From an uncultured Chloroflexota bacterium (GTDB lineage Bacteria > Chloroflexota > UBA11872 > VXNJ01), in the NCBI GenBank assembly GCA_913043205.1, contig CAJWLF010000013.1, positions 4,787 to 68,786 on the forward strand: 64,000 nt of DNA. The letters run 5' to 3'. A model generated the notes under the pieces. It worked only from the letters and a program-made list of their open reading frames with translations, had not been told where the DNA came from and did not search any database. Position 1 is the stretch's first letter, and each line of letters begins with the position of its first letter. The translations under genes were made by a program, and so were the position numbers. Below are positions 32,028-41,718 of this stretch, one piece after another.

Positions 32028-32783
32028 ATGTCTAGACCAGACTCATCAAATAGGACATCCGGGCCAGAGCCGAAAGGTCTAGAAACAATGACCCGAGCAT
32101 TAGCTGACGCTAACAATTATCACAGGTGGCTTTTTGGAGAGATAGAACCATTTTTAGGGCATAAAGCCCTAGAGGTCGGAGGGGGGAGTGGAAACCTCAC
32201 TCGACTATTGCTACCGCAAGTTGACACGACCGTAATTGAACCATCGCAGGCAGCACTAGACACACTAATTAACAGAATAGGCAAATGTGCTAATTTCCAC
32301 CCGGTATTAGGTAACATATGTGACCAAAGCATGGTCAGCGACTTCACTAAATCTGGATTTGATACCGTAGTCAGTTCAAACGTCATAGAACATATAGAAA
32401 ATGACCTGTTAGCAGTTCGTGGAATACATCAAATCCTCAAACCGAATAATGGAAGGGCGCTTATTATCGTACCTGCCCACCAGTGGCTGTTCGGAACTCT
32501 TGATACCGCAGCTGGTCACTACCGACGGTATTCAAAGTCCACTTTGTCCAAACTGTTTGTCGATACCGGATTTAAGATAGAACATTGCTACCACCTAAAC
32601 ATAGTGGGGGCCTTTGCCTGGTACCTAAATGGATCACTCATACGGACTAGAGACCTGAATGCAAATATGATAGGTAAACAGGCCCTATTATTTGATCGAT
32701 TTGCTGTCCCTGTATTAAAACGCCTGGAGGGAATTTACCATCCGCCATTTGGACAATCTTTAGTGCTAGTGGCAAAAGCATAA
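32028..32783 (+). CDS. Class I SAM-dependent methyltransferase
   Basis: Motif I is LEVGGGSGNLTRLL. The post-I region reads DTVVSSNVIEHIEND. The start may instead be the second ATG, at 32088. Confidence 0.8.
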   Translation: MSRPDSSNRTSGPEPKGLETMTRALADANNYHRWLFGEIEPFLGHKALEVGGGSGNLTRLLLPQVDTTVIEPSQAALDTLINRIGKCANFHPVLGNICDQSMVSDFTKSGFDTVVSSNVIEHIENDLLAVRGIHQILKPNNGRALIIVPAHQWLFGTLDTAAGHYRRYSKSTLSKLFVDTGFKIEHCYHLNIVGAFAWYLNGSLIRTRDLNANMIGKQALLFDRFAVPVLKRLEGIYHPPFGQSLVLVAKA

Positions 32784-32879
32784 GAACAGGATTGAGGCAC
32801 CAGTTCTATCAGACATGCGAGACAGCTAAATGAATGTCCAAACAGACTAACTCCAAATGTTTATGCTCAATCCGATACG

Positions 32880-34412
32880 CTAACCAAAACGATGTATTCG
32901 CCGAGGGGCGATGTATTTCTCCGCAGTTCCTACCGATTCCAGATACTCCACCAGAAGCCCCTGTAATTCGCGAGCAATCTCCGGCTTCTCATCAACCAAA
33001 TCGACTTGGTGATCCGGATCCGCCTGGTTGTCGTAAAGATGCGGCTGTAGGCTTAAATCTATAGGGCTCTCTTGACGAATATGTACTTGGTCGTCTCTAA
33101 GCACATTGACTGCTGTGCCTCCACCGTAACCTGTGATAGATATCGGGGTCTCATCGGATACTGGCGCCCCCATATAAAGCGTCCAATCATGGGTGCGCAC
33201 TGTAGCCGGCCTACCAGCCACCATACCAACCACGCTGTGCGATGATATAGACGCCTTTCTGATATCCTCTGCTTCACCAGTCAGTAAGGGCATAAATGAA
33301 TGACCGTGTATCCCATCTGGACATTCAGCTCCACCTAATTCAATCAATGTAGGCAAAATGTCCTGAGGCTGCACAAATCCGGATATTCGATCTCCTGCAG
33401 ATGTGAATCCAGGGATGTGACCTAACATAGGAATGTGGCTTATTGCCGGAAATAGCGGTAAGGGACTGGCGGGCTTGTTATGAGTCATAATGCTTTTGCC
33501 AGTAATTCCATATTCCCCAAATAGATACCCATGATCAGACATAAACAATACTGCAGTATTTGACCATAGATTCATCGCATCCACTGTATCCATCAAATGA
33601 CCAAACCAGCGGTCTACCATTGACACTTCCCCACAATAACGAGCATGTGCATTTCGCAATTCGTCTGCGGACAGAAATTCTTCCCAGAAATCGTAAGTTG
33701 GAAAGGTAATCTGAACATCGGCCCCGGGATCAAATTTGTCTACATACCATTGAGGAGGATCCCACGGCTCGTGGGGATCAAAAGTGTCAACGATCAAACA
33801 AAATGGACTTTCAGTCGCATTCATTTCCAACCATTCTGATGCACGCCTAAAAGTTGTAGGAGCAAAGTATTCGCTCTCGTATCGAGCATAATTAAGATTG
33901 CGTGTATGCTGCGAATATGACTGAGCGTTACTTCTTAACTTTCGGAGATCAAATGGGGGGTCTATGAAGTCGGGATTGGTCCTATATTCGTCACTCTCTT
34001 GTCCACGAATCCAATCCCATCCGGTAAATCCGCGCTGATAATGGTATCCAGACCGAAATATGTGTGGAGTGTCAGCGATCAACATGGTCTTATATCCCGC
34101 AGCATTAAGCACTTCAGGCATAGAGGTTTCTTTGTCAGGGAAAGGCTCCCATTCACCATAAGTGAATACAGATCGGCCCGTAAGCATTTCACGTCGATTC
34201 AAGACTGTAGGGAATGAACCTAAATGATAATTCTCAAATAAGGCTCCCTGAGCTGCCAATTTATCTATGTTCGGAGTTTGCATCGACCAAGTTCCGCCAG
34301 ACGCCCATCTCTCAGGCTGGGCACCATATGCACTCACATGATCCCGACGCAAAGAGTCTGAAATCACAATGATGAAATTCATTGGGTTTGAAGAATTAGC
34401 AGATACACTCAA
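32880..34412 (-). CDS. Sulfatase-like hydrolase of the alkaline phosphatase superfamily
   Basis: The N-terminus reads FIIVISDSLRRDHVSAYG, and the protein has the overall sulfatase-family length and pattern. The canonical C/S-x-P-x-R FGly motif is not evident. Confidence 0.7.
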   Translation of the reverse strand: MSVSANSSNPMNFIIVISDSLRRDHVSAYGAQPERWASGGTWSMQTPNIDKLAAQGALFENYHLGSFPTVLNRREMLTGRSVFTYGEWEPFPDKETSMPEVLNAAGYKTMLIADTPHIFRSGYHYQRGFTGWDWIRGQESDEYRTNPDFIDPPFDLRKLRSNAQSYSQHTRNLNYARYESEYFAPTTFRRASEWLEMNATESPFCLIVDTFDPHEPWDPPQWYVDKFDPGADVQITFPTYDFWEEFLSADELRNAHARYCGEVSMVDRWFGHLMDTVDAMNLWSNTAVLFMSDHGYLFGEYGITGKSIMTHNKPASPLPLFPAISHIPMLGHIPGFTSAGDRISGFVQPQDILPTLIELGGAECPDGIHGHSFMPLLTGEAEDIRKASISSHSVVGMVAGRPATVRTHDWTLYMGAPVSDETPISITGYGGGTAVNVLRDDQVHIRQESPIDLSLQPHLYDNQADPDHQVDLVDEKPEIARELQGLLVEYLESVGTAEKYIAPRRIHRFG

Positions 34413-34421
34413 TTGAGACTC

Positions 34422-35396
34422 CTAAACATTAAGCAACACCTTTCCTGTAGTAAGTCTACCTTCTAGCTGCCTGTGTGCCTCCGCCGCATCAGCTAATTGG
34501 AATTCATGTTCCATCCTTAGATCAAGATCTCCCTCCCCAAGCATCCGAAACAGATCACCGGCACGCCATTCAAGATCTTGTCTGCTATACATGTGATCTG
34601 CCAGCGTAGGACGAGTAACATAAAGCGATCCATTCTGGGACAAATACAAAGGGTCTATTGCAGGGGCGTGTCCACTTGCATTGCCAAACAAGACCAAAGT
34701 ACCCCGTCTTTTTAAACAAGCAAGGCTATTCATCGCAGTTTCTTTAGCAACTGAGTCATAAACCACCTCTACACCTTCATCATCAGTTATTCGCATAACT
34801 TCCTGCTTAAAATCCTGATCCCTGTACAGAATTACATGATCGGATCCGGCATTTCGCGACAATTCAGCTTTCGCTTCGGTACCAACAGTCGTGATAACTG
34901 CAGCACCACGGCGCTTAGCTAATTGAGTCAGAAGCAGCCCAACACCACCCGCGCCAGCGTGTATTACGCAAGTATGATTAGATTGCAGAGGGAAAGTGCT
35001 ACTAGCTAGGTAGTGGGCAGTCATTCCTTGTAGCATCACCGCCGCCCCTTGTGTAGTCGACACTCCAGATGGTAGAACCACCAACTTGGAAGACGGTACA
35101 GCGGCGTACTCAGAGTAAGAACCTAAAGACATCGCCCAAGCCACACGATCACCAGATTTGAACCCATCGACATCGGGCCCTGTAGACTCCACTACTCCCG
35201 CTCCTTCGTTTCCTGGGACAAAAGGCAATTCCAAACCATACCCAGCAATCCCACTGCGATGGTAGGTGTCAATAAAATTGACTCCAGCGACTTCTACCTT
35301 GACTAAGACATCATCAGTACCGACTTCGGGTTGTTCAATATCTTCGAAAGATAATTTTTCAGGCCCCCCATTTTCATGCACCACAATAGCCTTCAT
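34422..35396 (-). CDS. qor: NADPH:quinone oxidoreductase / zinc-type alcohol dehydrogenase-like (MDR family)
   Basis: Contains MKAIVVHENGGPEKL ... VLVKVEVAGVNFIDTY and the Rossmann motif AGAGGVG. The track ORF starts at 35435, but the ATG at 35396 is preceded by AAGGGG. Confidence 0.85.
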   Translation of the reverse strand: MKAIVVHENGGPEKLSFEDIEQPEVGTDDVLVKVEVAGVNFIDTYHRSGIAGYGLELPFVPGNEGAGVVESTGPDVDGFKSGDRVAWAMSLGSYSEYAAVPSSKLVVLPSGVSTTQGAAVMLQGMTAHYLASSTFPLQSNHTCVIHAGAGGVGLLLTQLAKRRGAAVITTVGTEAKAELSRNAGSDHVILYRDQDFKQEVMRITDDEGVEVVYDSVAKETAMNSLACLKRRGTLVLFGNASGHAPAIDPLYLSQNGSLYVTRPTLADHMYSRQDLEWRAGDLFRMLGEGDLDLRMEHEFQLADAAEAHRQLEGRLTTGKVLLNV

Positions 35397-35742
35397 ATCT
35401 GTCTTACCCCTTAAAGCGATTCGGCTAACTGCCATACGAGATGCAAAGTATACGCTTTGTTACAAGACAGTTTCGAACAACACGCACACCAGCAGAGATA
35501 ACGTAGCGAGAAAACCATTCGATTTTCGGTATTTGGGTTCACAACATTTAACACACTAAATACAAGTGTTACAGACAGATTTAAATCAAAAAAATCATTG
35601 CAACACAAGACGGATAGGGTATCAATGAACTAGAATCAATTTTACCTTGCGATGCCAGGTACCCAATTTGTGTAAACATATACCGGCAAGGTAAATAGCC
35701 AACTTTGGTTCTAGCTTAATCAGCTTCAAGGAGAACAGCCTC

Positions 35743-37158
35743 GTGAAAATGTACGTGGGAACAAAATGGATCGACACAGATCAAAAAATCGAAGTGTTGT
35801 CACCCTGGGACGGATCCCTATACGACACTGTCCCATCAGCCAGCACTCAAGACGTCGAAACTGCTCTTGCAACGGCCGAGATTGGCGCCAAAAAAATGGC
35901 GGCTCTCACCGGGTTTGAGCGTTATCAAATATTGCATCGAGCAGCTGACATGATAGTCGAAAAACGGGAAGATTTGGCCCAGACGATTACTCATGAAATG
36001 GGTAAAATCATTACCGAAGCTCGAGTGGAAGTTGAGAGAGCAGCAGAAATAATCTACTTGTCAGCTGAAGAAGCTAAACGCCTGGGCAGCGAAGTAATAC
36101 CATTGGATGGGGGACCGGGCGTAACCCACGACAAATTCGGTTTCACAATTCGGGTACCATGTGGAGTTGTTCTCGCCATAACCCCATTCAATTTTCCACT
36201 TCACCTAGTATGCCACAAAGTTGGTCCGGCATTAGCAGCTGGCAATGCTGTTATTTCCAAGCCGACATCGGATACGCCTATAGTCGCACTAAGACTTTGC
36301 GAAATAATGCTCGAGGCAGGAGTGCCGTCCGAAGCAATACAGTGCATCACAGGAAGCGGATCTACAGTTGGTAATGCTCTAGCAGCAGATCCACGAGTGC
36401 GGAAAATATCTTTCACTGGTAGCCGTGAGGTTGGAGAAGCGATCTGTAGAACCGCTGGACTCAAAAAAGTCACTATGGAACTAGGATCGAACGCGCCTGT
36501 CATAATTATGCCGGACGCAGACATGAACAAGGTTCACACCGCGTTGTTATCCACCGCATATGCTAACGCTGGCCAAGTCTGCATTTCCACACAGCGTATT
36601 TACGCCGACTCCACTGTATATGACGATTTCATAGATTCGTTCAGTGAAAGAGTAGGAAAACTTTCATACGGTGACCCGCGCGATGAGAACGTGCAAATGG
36701 GGCCCTTGGTTAGAGAGAGCGATGCTGTACGTGTAGAAGAATGGATTAATAGCGCTATCAACGATGGCGCCAAGCTTGTTACCGGCGGAAGCCGCAATGG
36801 CGCATTCGTAGAACCTACATTGCTAGCTAATGTCGACAAGAGCATGCGCGTAAGCTGCGATGAATTATTCGGTCCTGCAGCCGGCGTGTCCAAAGTCGAT
36901 AACATCGAAGAGGCAATCGCCTTAGCTAACGATACAAATTACGGTCTAAGTGCAGCAATATTTACGGAGAGCCTTGATTCAGCAATGAAATTTGCTCGCC
37001 AAGTCGATTCAGGTAACCTTCATATCAATTTCGGCACCCAGTGGCGTACTGACTTGATGCCATATGGAGGAGTGAAAGAAAGCGGATTTGGGAAAGAAGG
37101 TCCAAGCTACGCTGTCGAGGAAATGACTGAAACAAAAATGGTTGTAATGCACCTGTAG
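35743..37158 (+). CDS. NAD(P)-dependent aldehyde dehydrogenase
   Basis: The catalytic Cys region is GQVCIST. ELGSNAP is also present. Length is 471 aa. Confidence 0.9.
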   Translation: MKMYVGTKWIDTDQKIEVLSPWDGSLYDTVPSASTQDVETALATAEIGAKKMAALTGFERYQILHRAADMIVEKREDLAQTITHEMGKIITEARVEVERAAEIIYLSAEEAKRLGSEVIPLDGGPGVTHDKFGFTIRVPCGVVLAITPFNFPLHLVCHKVGPALAAGNAVISKPTSDTPIVALRLCEIMLEAGVPSEAIQCITGSGSTVGNALAADPRVRKISFTGSREVGEAICRTAGLKKVTMELGSNAPVIIMPDADMNKVHTALLSTAYANAGQVCISTQRIYADSTVYDDFIDSFSERVGKLSYGDPRDENVQMGPLVRESDAVRVEEWINSAINDGAKLVTGGSRNGAFVEPTLLANVDKSMRVSCDELFGPAAGVSKVDNIEEAIALANDTNYGLSAAIFTESLDSAMKFARQVDSGNLHINFGTQWRTDLMPYGGVKESGFGKEGPSYAVEEMTETKMVVMHL

Positions 37159-37196
37159 AAAACAAAGCAAATCTAACATCTCTATTCATTTTTAGA

Positions 37197-37243
37197 TTCA
37201 AAAAATAAAACGGGCGAGGTCGTCTGCAAAAATGACCTCGCCC
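37197..37243 (-). terminator. Rho-independent terminator of the minus-strand operon: cgggcgaggtc - 12-nt loop - gacctcgcccg followed by UUUUAUUUUUUGA. It overlaps the last codons and stop of the MBL gene.
   Basis: It has a perfect 11-bp GC-rich stem. The U-tract forms only on the minus-strand transcript. It sits between the convergent ALDH and MBL genes. Confidence 0.65.
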
Positions 37244-37968
37244 GGATAGTTTAGTGTCTTAAATTCTGAACAACGTTGATCATGACTCATCGCTAATACT
37301 TCTGGGTACAAATGTACCAACACCAATTTCCGGGCCTTTGCATTCAATGCCACTTCAACCGCCTGAACTATGGTTTGGTGCACGTCACTCTTCATACTCG
37401 AAGGATAAGCGGCTTCAAGAAGCAACAAATCTGCTCCTATTGCCAATTCTGTCACTGCGTCACACGGAGCTCCATCAGCCCCATAAAGCAATACTTTTCC
37501 GTACGATTCAACCCTGAGAGCTTGGGTAGGAATTGGATGAATAGCTGCTGCGGTTCGTAGAATTGCTTCACCAACAACAAATTCCTGACCATCAACCAGA
37601 TGGTGAAAGGCAATGTCAAATCCAGATTCGAACGATGCAGAAAAGGATTGCACATAATGCAGATAATTTCCCACGTCATTCGAACCATATATATTCAAGG
37701 TTGATTCCCTCTTAAATCCGGGGGCATGAGTGTAACTTTGAATTAGGGCAGCCAGCCCTCCCACATGATCAGGATGATTGTGACTAATAAATATGTGGTC
37801 TATTTCATTAGGATTTTCACCAGCTCTCATCAATTGCTGTAAACACCCGACACCAACGTCTAGAAGCCACAACTCACCATCATCAAGTCTTAATAAATGC
37901 GAAGACGGATATCTAACAGGATCAGGAACGCAAGTCCCTGATCCAAGCACGATTAATTCCACGACCAT
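37198..37968 (-). CDS. MBL-fold metallo-hydrolase
   Basis: The metal-binding motif is HIFISHNHPDHVGG. The N-terminus is MVVELIVLGSGTCVPD. Confidence 0.8.
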   Translation of the reverse strand: MVVELIVLGSGTCVPDPVRYPSSHLLRLDDGELWLLDVGVGCLQQLMRAGENPNEIDHIFISHNHPDHVGGLAALIQSYTHAPGFKRESTLNIYGSNDVGNYLHYVQSFSASFESGFDIAFHHLVDGQEFVVGEAILRTAAAIHPIPTQALRVESYGKVLLYGADGAPCDAVTELAIGADLLLLEAAYPSSMKSDVHQTIVQAVEVALNAKARKLVLVHLYPEVLAMSHDQRCSEFKTLNYPGEVIFADDLARFIF

Positions 37969-37987
37969 TCCTCATAATGTATGTCCT

Positions 37988-38827
37988 TCATCGTCCCATC
38001 GAAACATCATCAATTAGAAATTCGCTCCTATTATCGCCGAACACATCAACAAACTCGCCATCAGCCTCGTAAAACATGATCAGATTGTGATTATGCTTTG
38101 CCTCTGGATCCAGTGCTCCATCACTAATGGAACTAACAATTGTGTCGCCACGTGCTATCTTGGCTCCGGCACTTTCCCGAGGTAAATCAAGGTATTTTTC
38201 GGCAATTTCTGAATCGCCAGGAACATATAAATGAACTACCGGATTGTATTTAATTGAGTTTCCTGAAGGATCAGTAGGGATTATCTGAATACGGAGTGCA
38301 CCAGCTCCATACAAGTGGTACCCATCAGGCAGATCAGACTGCATTTTACGAAATCTAATGTTTCCGGATATTGGTGCTGTAACCCTGGATCGGACAGCAA
38401 GCTGTGCTGTGTGAGCGGGCACCATTTCACCCCCTGCGCCCAGAAGCACCATACGCAAATCGAAGAATCGGACAATACTCTTACAACCTGATTCATCGAA
38501 AGGTAAGTTTATTTGATAAGGCAATATCTCAATGACCTCATTATTCAGACGGTTTGAACAAGCAGTACTAGACTGAAAATCAAATTCTGGGACCACTATC
38601 TGCATAGGTGTATTTGTCAGTAAATCGGTTTGTGGGATCGTGGTAGCAACAACAGTAGTGACATTAGTTTCGAGCTGAGGATCTACCACCACATCTTGTT
38701 TAGATACATCATTGTTATACCCACATCCACTAAGAACAACACTCACTATGGCGACCAATATCCATACTTTCAATGGCAAATTCGATGGAATATATGCAAA
38801 ATAAATCGACCAAGACCCTTGCTTCAT
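37988..38827 (-). CDS. Hypothetical lipoprotein
   Basis: The signal peptide has a lipobox (VVLSGCG). No known catalytic motif was found. Confidence 0.5.
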   Translation of the reverse strand: MKQGSWSIYFAYIPSNLPLKVWILVAIVSVVLSGCGYNNDVSKQDVVVDPQLETNVTTVVATTIPQTDLLTNTPMQIVVPEFDFQSSTACSNRLNNEVIEILPYQINLPFDESGCKSIVRFFDLRMVLLGAGGEMVPAHTAQLAVRSRVTAPISGNIRFRKMQSDLPDGYHLYGAGALRIQIIPTDPSGNSIKYNPVVHLYVPGDSEIAEKYLDLPRESAGAKIARGDTIVSSISDGALDPEAKHNHNLIMFYEADGEFVDVFGDNRSEFLIDDVSMGR

Positions 38828-38828
38828 A

Positions 38829-39236
38829 TCAATTCATTCTTTCCAAAAATAACCCGATCATGCGTCCGAATGCTATGCCAGCGAAAACTGCCACAACAGC
38901 CATTACATTCTGGCCTAAAATATTTCCGGCCGATTGTATCCAATCCGCATTCCGTAACAATCTAGCATTATCAAATGCAAAGCTAGAGAATGTTGTGAAC
39001 CCTCCCATAAATCCCACAAGCAATATCAGCCTGACTTGATCCATATCACCAGACCAATACTCCGATATTGCCCATATAACCCCAAATAAAAAACTTCCCA
39101 CAACATTGACCGCAAGTATTCCCCAGGGAAATCCGGCCCCACTCGAATTATGCATCATGTTAGTTATGACATAACGAGCCACCGTCCCACTCCCACCCGC
39201 AAGAAGAAGCCAAAATATTTTAGAAACTAGTTCCAT
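38829..39236 (-). CDS. crcB: Fluoride ion channel CrcB/Fluc
   Basis: Contains LAGGSGTVARY and GFMGGFTTFSSF, which are CrcB hallmarks. The track ORF begins with a TTG at 39281. The ATG at 39236 (MELVSKIFWLL) is the more plausible start. Confidence 0.8.
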   Translation of the reverse strand: MELVSKIFWLLLAGGSGTVARYVITNMMHNSSGAGFPWGILAVNVVGSFLFGVIWAISEYWSGDMDQVRLILLVGFMGGFTTFSSFAFDNARLLRNADWIQSAGNILGQNVMAVVAVFAGIAFGRMIGLFLERMN

Positions 39237-39270
39237 ATACCAGGCCAGTCGTATGCACAGGTCAAAATCA

Positions 39271-40410
39271 TTACCAAGCAATCACTGATTCGGTATCAGC
39301 GTTGTGCTTGAATTCGTCTGTCAAACAGACGCTATCACCATAATCAAATCCAAGCTCACCCATCTTCCTTAACGCCCTTTGAACAAACACCTGATGATCC
39401 TCTCGGAGATATGGTTCCCAACATATGGCCCACGAATCAAGTTGTTGGTCCATCAAGCTGCCATCATTAGGCCCTACGGCTCGGTTCAATCCCCACTCAA
39501 CCCAATCTACATCATGCTGAAACGAACTAGAACCGGGTACTCCGATTCGACCAGGCCGACCCTTTCCTATTGGATCACCTTGCTCAATTGCTTCACCGTC
39601 CTGAACCATCAAATCTACAACATGGTCGTAGACAATATAATAGAGACCATTGTCCATGTAGATGATCACTTCCCAATCTGTCCAATACTGACCCTCTGGA
39701 TCAATATCGTCCCCATAAAATTGTTGCTCAGTAATTTTGACAGTACCAGATCCAGAGGCAATCAGAACCGTCTCTGGAACCATTTCAAGTAGCAAGTCAG
39801 GATTCTTCTTCCCTCTCACTTCCCACAAGTCTTCACCAAATCCCCCAGCAAAAGCTCCTATCACATAACTGCCCGAATACGATAACCCTCCAAATGACTT
39901 AGTGATTGGATCATAATTTTCTGTGATTTCAAATGGAAATACTAAGGATTGGGTTGGAGGAGGTGGTGTGGTCTTTTTGGAAGGAACCTCCAATTGACTC
40001 AGTGAAACAATCCTAATCAAATTGTTACAAGAAGAATTGCTACAATACTCTAAGCTAACCTTCAGATCGTCCGCTAACAACTCTTGATCATTCAGAGGAA
40101 ATTCAAAGACTGGATCAGTAGAGTATCGCGCACCACTTGTAGTCCAGCGAAGGCTAACGCCTTCAAGATACCCATCGGCTTTGCAGGAAACCCATTTTTG
40201 CACTTTATCGAGCCTACATTTGGCACTAACATCCATATGCTGTACCGCGAATGAATCCGAATCTAATTCAGTCCCATCTTGCGACCTGTCAAACCGATCT
40301 CGCACAATATATGCATTGCTGTCCCCATAACATGAATTTAGCATTGCAATGGAAGCTAGAATGGCTGTGCAACACCAGACCCATGTCAATAATCGATGGA
40401 TGAGCAACAC
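39271..40410 (-). CDS. Hypothetical secreted protein, possibly with a degenerate M23/LytM-like C-terminal region
   Basis: An N-terminal signal peptide is present. The segment YIVYDHVVDLMVQDGEAIEQGDPIGKG resembles the M23 peptidase core, but the HxH motif is not seen. Confidence 0.45.
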   Translation of the reverse strand: MLLIHRLLTWVWCCTAILASIAMLNSCYGDSNAYIVRDRFDRSQDGTELDSDSFAVQHMDVSAKCRLDKVQKWVSCKADGYLEGVSLRWTTSGARYSTDPVFEFPLNDQELLADDLKVSLEYCSNSSCNNLIRIVSLSQLEVPSKKTTPPPPTQSLVFPFEITENYDPITKSFGGLSYSGSYVIGAFAGGFGEDLWEVRGKKNPDLLLEMVPETVLIASGSGTVKITEQQFYGDDIDPEGQYWTDWEVIIYMDNGLYYIVYDHVVDLMVQDGEAIEQGDPIGKGRPGRIGVPGSSSFQHDVDWVEWGLNRAVGPNDGSLMDQQLDSWAICWEPYLREDHQVFVQRALRKMGELGFDYGDSVCLTDEFKHNADTESVIAW

Positions 40411-40413
40411 CCG

Positions 40414-41664
40414 CTACCCAAATCGTTCGGGCTTGGTCATACTCAAGTCGAAGCCAGGTTCTTCGCCAGTAATTAGTCTCGCAACCACCTGCCCTGTTAC
40501 CGGCCCCAATGATAAACCTATCATTGCATGCCCTGCCGCAAAAACTAAATTATTCAAACGCTCACTTCGTCCAAGCAAAGGCAACCCATCAGGGGTACAA
40601 GGTCTGAGCCCCCGCCAAGTTTCTACATGACCCAGAGAATCCACCCCATTTAAATAACGTGCAGCCCCTTTGTTGATTGCATTTAATCTACGTTCATTAA
40701 TCCCTAAATCCATCCCTACCATCTCCAATGTACCCGCCAAACGAAGATTCGGCCCCATGGGTGTCACTGCTACTCGAGATTCGACCAGCAACATAGGAAC
40801 GTTGAATGATTCGACAGGACGAGCGTAGGTGATGCTGTAACCCTTAGCAGGCTGTATAACTGCTCTTAGTCTGAGCATAGCAGCTAATTCAGGAGTCCAT
40901 GCTCCAGAAGCCAAAACCACTTGCTCTGGCATGAAATCTCCCCGGGTTGTTCTAACCTTAATTATTTGGGCATCTTTTGTTTCAAATCCAACGGCTTCAG
41001 CCTCATTAATGAGAGTCACACCTTTGTCAACAGCATGTTGAGCCAACCCGTCGACAAACCTAGCAGGATCAACATGCGCATCGTCGGGATAGTGAATCAC
41101 CCCAGCCAGGCCTTCGCGTAGTTCAGGCACTAGCCTTATGGCCGCCGATCCCAAATGCACCGTACTCGGAATATTAGCTTTTCTCATTAAATCAGCTTCG
41201 TGTAACCCTGATTGCATTCCCTTATCAGAGTCATACACATAGAACAGACCCCGCCGCTCATAATGAGAATCAACTTCCAATTGATCCGACCACTCGGAAA
41301 ATAGGCCCCGACTAGCTAAATGCAAATCCCGCAATAGAGGTACAGCACGGTCTACATGTTCCTGATTGGCAAAAGAACGGAATTTCATCAGCCAGCGAAA
41401 AAGATTTAGATCAATACGAGGCCTTATATAGAAAGGACTTTCCGGATCGAACATCCATTTCAATCCCTCACCCATAACACCAGGAGCAGCCAGCGGCACA
41501 GAATGGCTGGGACAAACCAGCCCAGCATTCCCATAAGACGAGGCAAGCTCGTCACGACCTAAATCTACTACTGTTACATCGCATCCCAGATCGGCGAGGC
41601 AATACGCAGAAGATATCCCCATTATGCCACCACCAATTATTAGCACATCAGTGTTATTACTCAT
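40414..41664 (-). CDS. FAD-dependent oxidoreductase (DadA / D-amino-acid dehydrogenase-like)
   Basis: The N-terminal dinucleotide fold is DVLIIGGGIMGISSAYCLADLG. Length is 416 aa. Confidence 0.85.
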   Translation of the reverse strand: MSNNTDVLIIGGGIMGISSAYCLADLGCDVTVVDLGRDELASSYGNAGLVCPSHSVPLAAPGVMGEGLKWMFDPESPFYIRPRIDLNLFRWLMKFRSFANQEHVDRAVPLLRDLHLASRGLFSEWSDQLEVDSHYERRGLFYVYDSDKGMQSGLHEADLMRKANIPSTVHLGSAAIRLVPELREGLAGVIHYPDDAHVDPARFVDGLAQHAVDKGVTLINEAEAVGFETKDAQIIKVRTTRGDFMPEQVVLASGAWTPELAAMLRLRAVIQPAKGYSITYARPVESFNVPMLLVESRVAVTPMGPNLRLAGTLEMVGMDLGINERRLNAINKGAARYLNGVDSLGHVETWRGLRPCTPDGLPLLGRSERLNNLVFAAGHAMIGLSLGPVTGQVVARLITGEEPGFDLSMTKPERFG

Positions 41665-41718
41665 ACAGCCATCATCTCAATAAGTTTCATCTCTAACCTA
41701 AGTCGAGACACAACATCA

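Noticed and set aside
39237-39400. Fluoride riboswitch expected upstream of crcB
   Set aside because: The region is the coding sequence of the upstream secreted-protein gene, and no crcB-motif elements are present.
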